From NCBI RefSeq assembly GCF_001194135.2, contig NC_068987.1, forward strand, positions 17,174,487 through 17,238,486: a stretch of 64,000 bases of DNA. The letters are read 5' to 3'. Below the pieces are notes generated by a model. It was not told where the DNA came from, searched no databases, and worked only from the letters and a program-made list of their open reading frames with translations. This document shows, piece by piece, positions 61,543-64,000 of the stretch. Every line of letters starts with the position of its first letter. Positions within the stretch are counted from its first letter, which is position 1. The stretch is from Octopus bimaculoides (Eukaryota). Both the position numbers and the translations under genes were made by a program.

Positions 61543-62984
61543 TATATGTAGGTATGTATATATGACACTTTCAAAATATACGTGCTATAACTGCCCCGGT
61601 CCTTATATTTTATTCAGACTTTTGGGAGAAATTCAACGACACACTACTCAAACCCACCAACGTGTAAGAAAAGAAAGAATTTATTTTCTGAACGAAAACT
61701 TAACCTTAAAGCTTCCAAAACAGTGAACTCAGCTTGTAGTACCTGATTACCAGTGTGTGGTGACAAACTGTCTATTCATTTCTACGACACAAGTTGCGGT
61801 ACTGCTGCTCTTCTATTCATCAGCTATTCTATCTTTTCTCATGCTGACAATGTCTGATTTATGACAACTAAATAATAGCTATTTCACCGAGAACTACAAC
61901 GCACTGGAATGTCATATATGCATTCATATTCTGTAATTGAATTGAATATAGAATCATCTGCTTGCCAAATGAATTATATACGCACGCTGTAATTAAAATG
62001 CACGAACATTAAATTTTATGTTTGCAGGTAATATTAAGATATTAACATTCGGATATAATTTTTATGGTTAGGAACGTTGCTTCGTATTTACGTAGTATTG
62101 AATTCAGCGTCGCTGCGTACACCTTGGTGGAAGTATGCTCTTCTATATCATGATTTTGCAAGTGAATTTGGTAAACGGAGCTATCTGAACGCTGGGCGTA
62201 TTTACATATAAGGACATACATTTATTTGTATTTATATATACATATACATGTGTATGTGTAATTGTCTTCTTTTGACTCCCTCCACTTGAGAAATAATCTT
62301 GCTTTGTTTACGTTGAAGTAAAGACTCAAAAAAACGAAAATCTATAAGATGACACAGCTTGGCCGCATTCCAATGATTGAAACAAGTAAAAGATTAAAAG
62401 GAAGTAATTGTATTCATCATTTCATCCTCCATAACGAATGTCCATTTGTTTAAAAGTTATAAATTTATCAATGACGTATCAGTTATCCGATTTTACTTGG
62501 TATGAGATCACCTTTCTTAAAGTACTACGTGTTTGATTATCGAAAACGAGCCGCAACATATTTCTTATGTTTATTCGTATATTAGCTATAAGAGTTAAGG
62601 TGCAATCTTAAAACAAACGAATGGTGATCATAGTTACTGTACGGCATAGTTACTAGACTTGCTGCGGGCAAAGCAACTAATAAAAACAATTTAGATTCTC
62701 ATATTTAGTAATGTCAATTTACTACACATTCTTAAAGAGATTGAGATGCTACATTAACACTACCAACATCTTCAATGTAACATATAACAAAGAGAATATG
62801 TTCTTATAATATTGCCTATATGTTGTAGCCGAAACAGAGAGGTGGCTTCGTAGAATTTCGGTATTTACATAGGAGTTTATACGTATAGAGTTCAAAGCTA
62901 CACAACGTCCACTGTTTCTAAAAATCCTCCCCATCTTGATTAGTGTCCGAGTGTACTGGAGTCGATATCTAATATCAACTCCAG

Positions 62985-63110
62985 TACTCTCTCAGGTGGA
63001 CTTTGCCTTTCATCCTTTCGGGGTCGACAAAGTAAATACCAAAATATTACTGGGGTATATGTAGCCAAATTATTCCCTCTCAACCAAATTTCAGGCTTTA
63101 TGTCTATAGT
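62985..63110 (+). mobile_element. SINE family B 3' part
   Basis: GGTGGACTTTGCCTTTCATCCTTTCGGGGTCGACAAAGTAAATACC...TTTCAGGCTTTATGTCTATAGT. Confidence 0.8.
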
Positions 63111-63615
63111 GCAGTACATTTCCGTTCATTTTAGAGCTAGGTGTAATATATATTATTATATGAAGAAATTCAAAATCATCCAACTGCTTCTGGGATATCT
63201 CCGAGTATGGAATATATCGGTCATCAAAGACAAATTGGGAAAAAAGGAAAAATGTTAATGGCATATATTAATAAGATAACCACATAGAGGAAAGGAGTAA
63301 AAGAATAAGGAGATGGAAAGAAAGAGAAAAAAAGAAAAGCATAAAAGTCAATAGTTGAACTTTACGAAGTTATATAAACCAGATCATGAGTCCTTAGGGG
63401 CAATCCTGTTTAGATCCATGATCTTCTTAAAATAATATTATATACAAATTGATATGTGTACCTTGTCTTCATGGTTGCTGTTATGTTTAACAATTATATA
63501 TCCACTGCATCGGAGATCTGCAATGGCTACATAACTACCGCCTCGGCTATAACCTTGGAGCCCCAGTAATCGGTTGCAGCACTTACCTAGCGTACCTAAT
63601 CGTTTAGATCACCTG

Positions 63616-63669
<54 letters not shown>

Positions 63670-64000
63670 CATATATATTATCATTTGGTAATTCACGTAA
63701 TTGTTTATTCTGAACTTACTTTCACAAGATTCGATATTTTTTCAGATAATCACTGAGAGTGCGCGCACGCAGACGCACACACACTGACATACATTTAGTA
63801 CGAGAAATAGAAATTTTGCATTACATATATGGGACATATTGTACTATAAGTAGTATCATTATACTTGAAATTGAAAATATCGTTTAGTATTCATCGTATG
63901 CAGCGCATTATAGATATGTATTTTACTTTCCCTTTCTTTCATTTTCTCCGATTTTACTTGTTCTGAATATAAAACTACACAACAAGTTTAAACATCTAAT

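Noticed and set aside
365-61726. Long ORFs of 230-390 aa in the ORF track (365..1159, 25457..26664, 35469..36715, 60766..61726 and similar)
   Set aside because: They are made of X from N-gaps and (TA)n-derived YI repeats.

Overview
AT-rich, repeat-dominated eukaryotic DNA with 15 N-gaps, most flanked by (TA)n. The tRNA-derived SINE families, dense di/tri/tetranucleotide microsatellites and LINE types look like an octopus (coleoid cephalopod) short-read assembly; this is inference from pattern recall, not a database result. I found no host protein-coding gene, rRNA, true tRNA or CRISPR array, so the window reads as intergenic or large-intron sequence. The supplied ORFs I could interpret are microsatellite or gap artefacts, or transposon relics. 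Content: about 30 SINE copies or fragments (working labels A, B, C); three decayed mariner transposases; a Helitron helicase C-terminus; Dong/R4-like, RTE-like and CR1/Jockey-like LINE relics; several Penelope-like (PLE) fragments. The most interesting signal is a set of four minimal type-I hammerhead-ribozyme motifs of the PLE kind. One appears intact (5771-5826). One sits in a composite element of tRNA-like head + (AAT)n + hammerhead between perfect 34-bp inverted repeats (55731-55973). Two are degenerate. All alignments and folds were done by eye; repeat boundaries are approximate.
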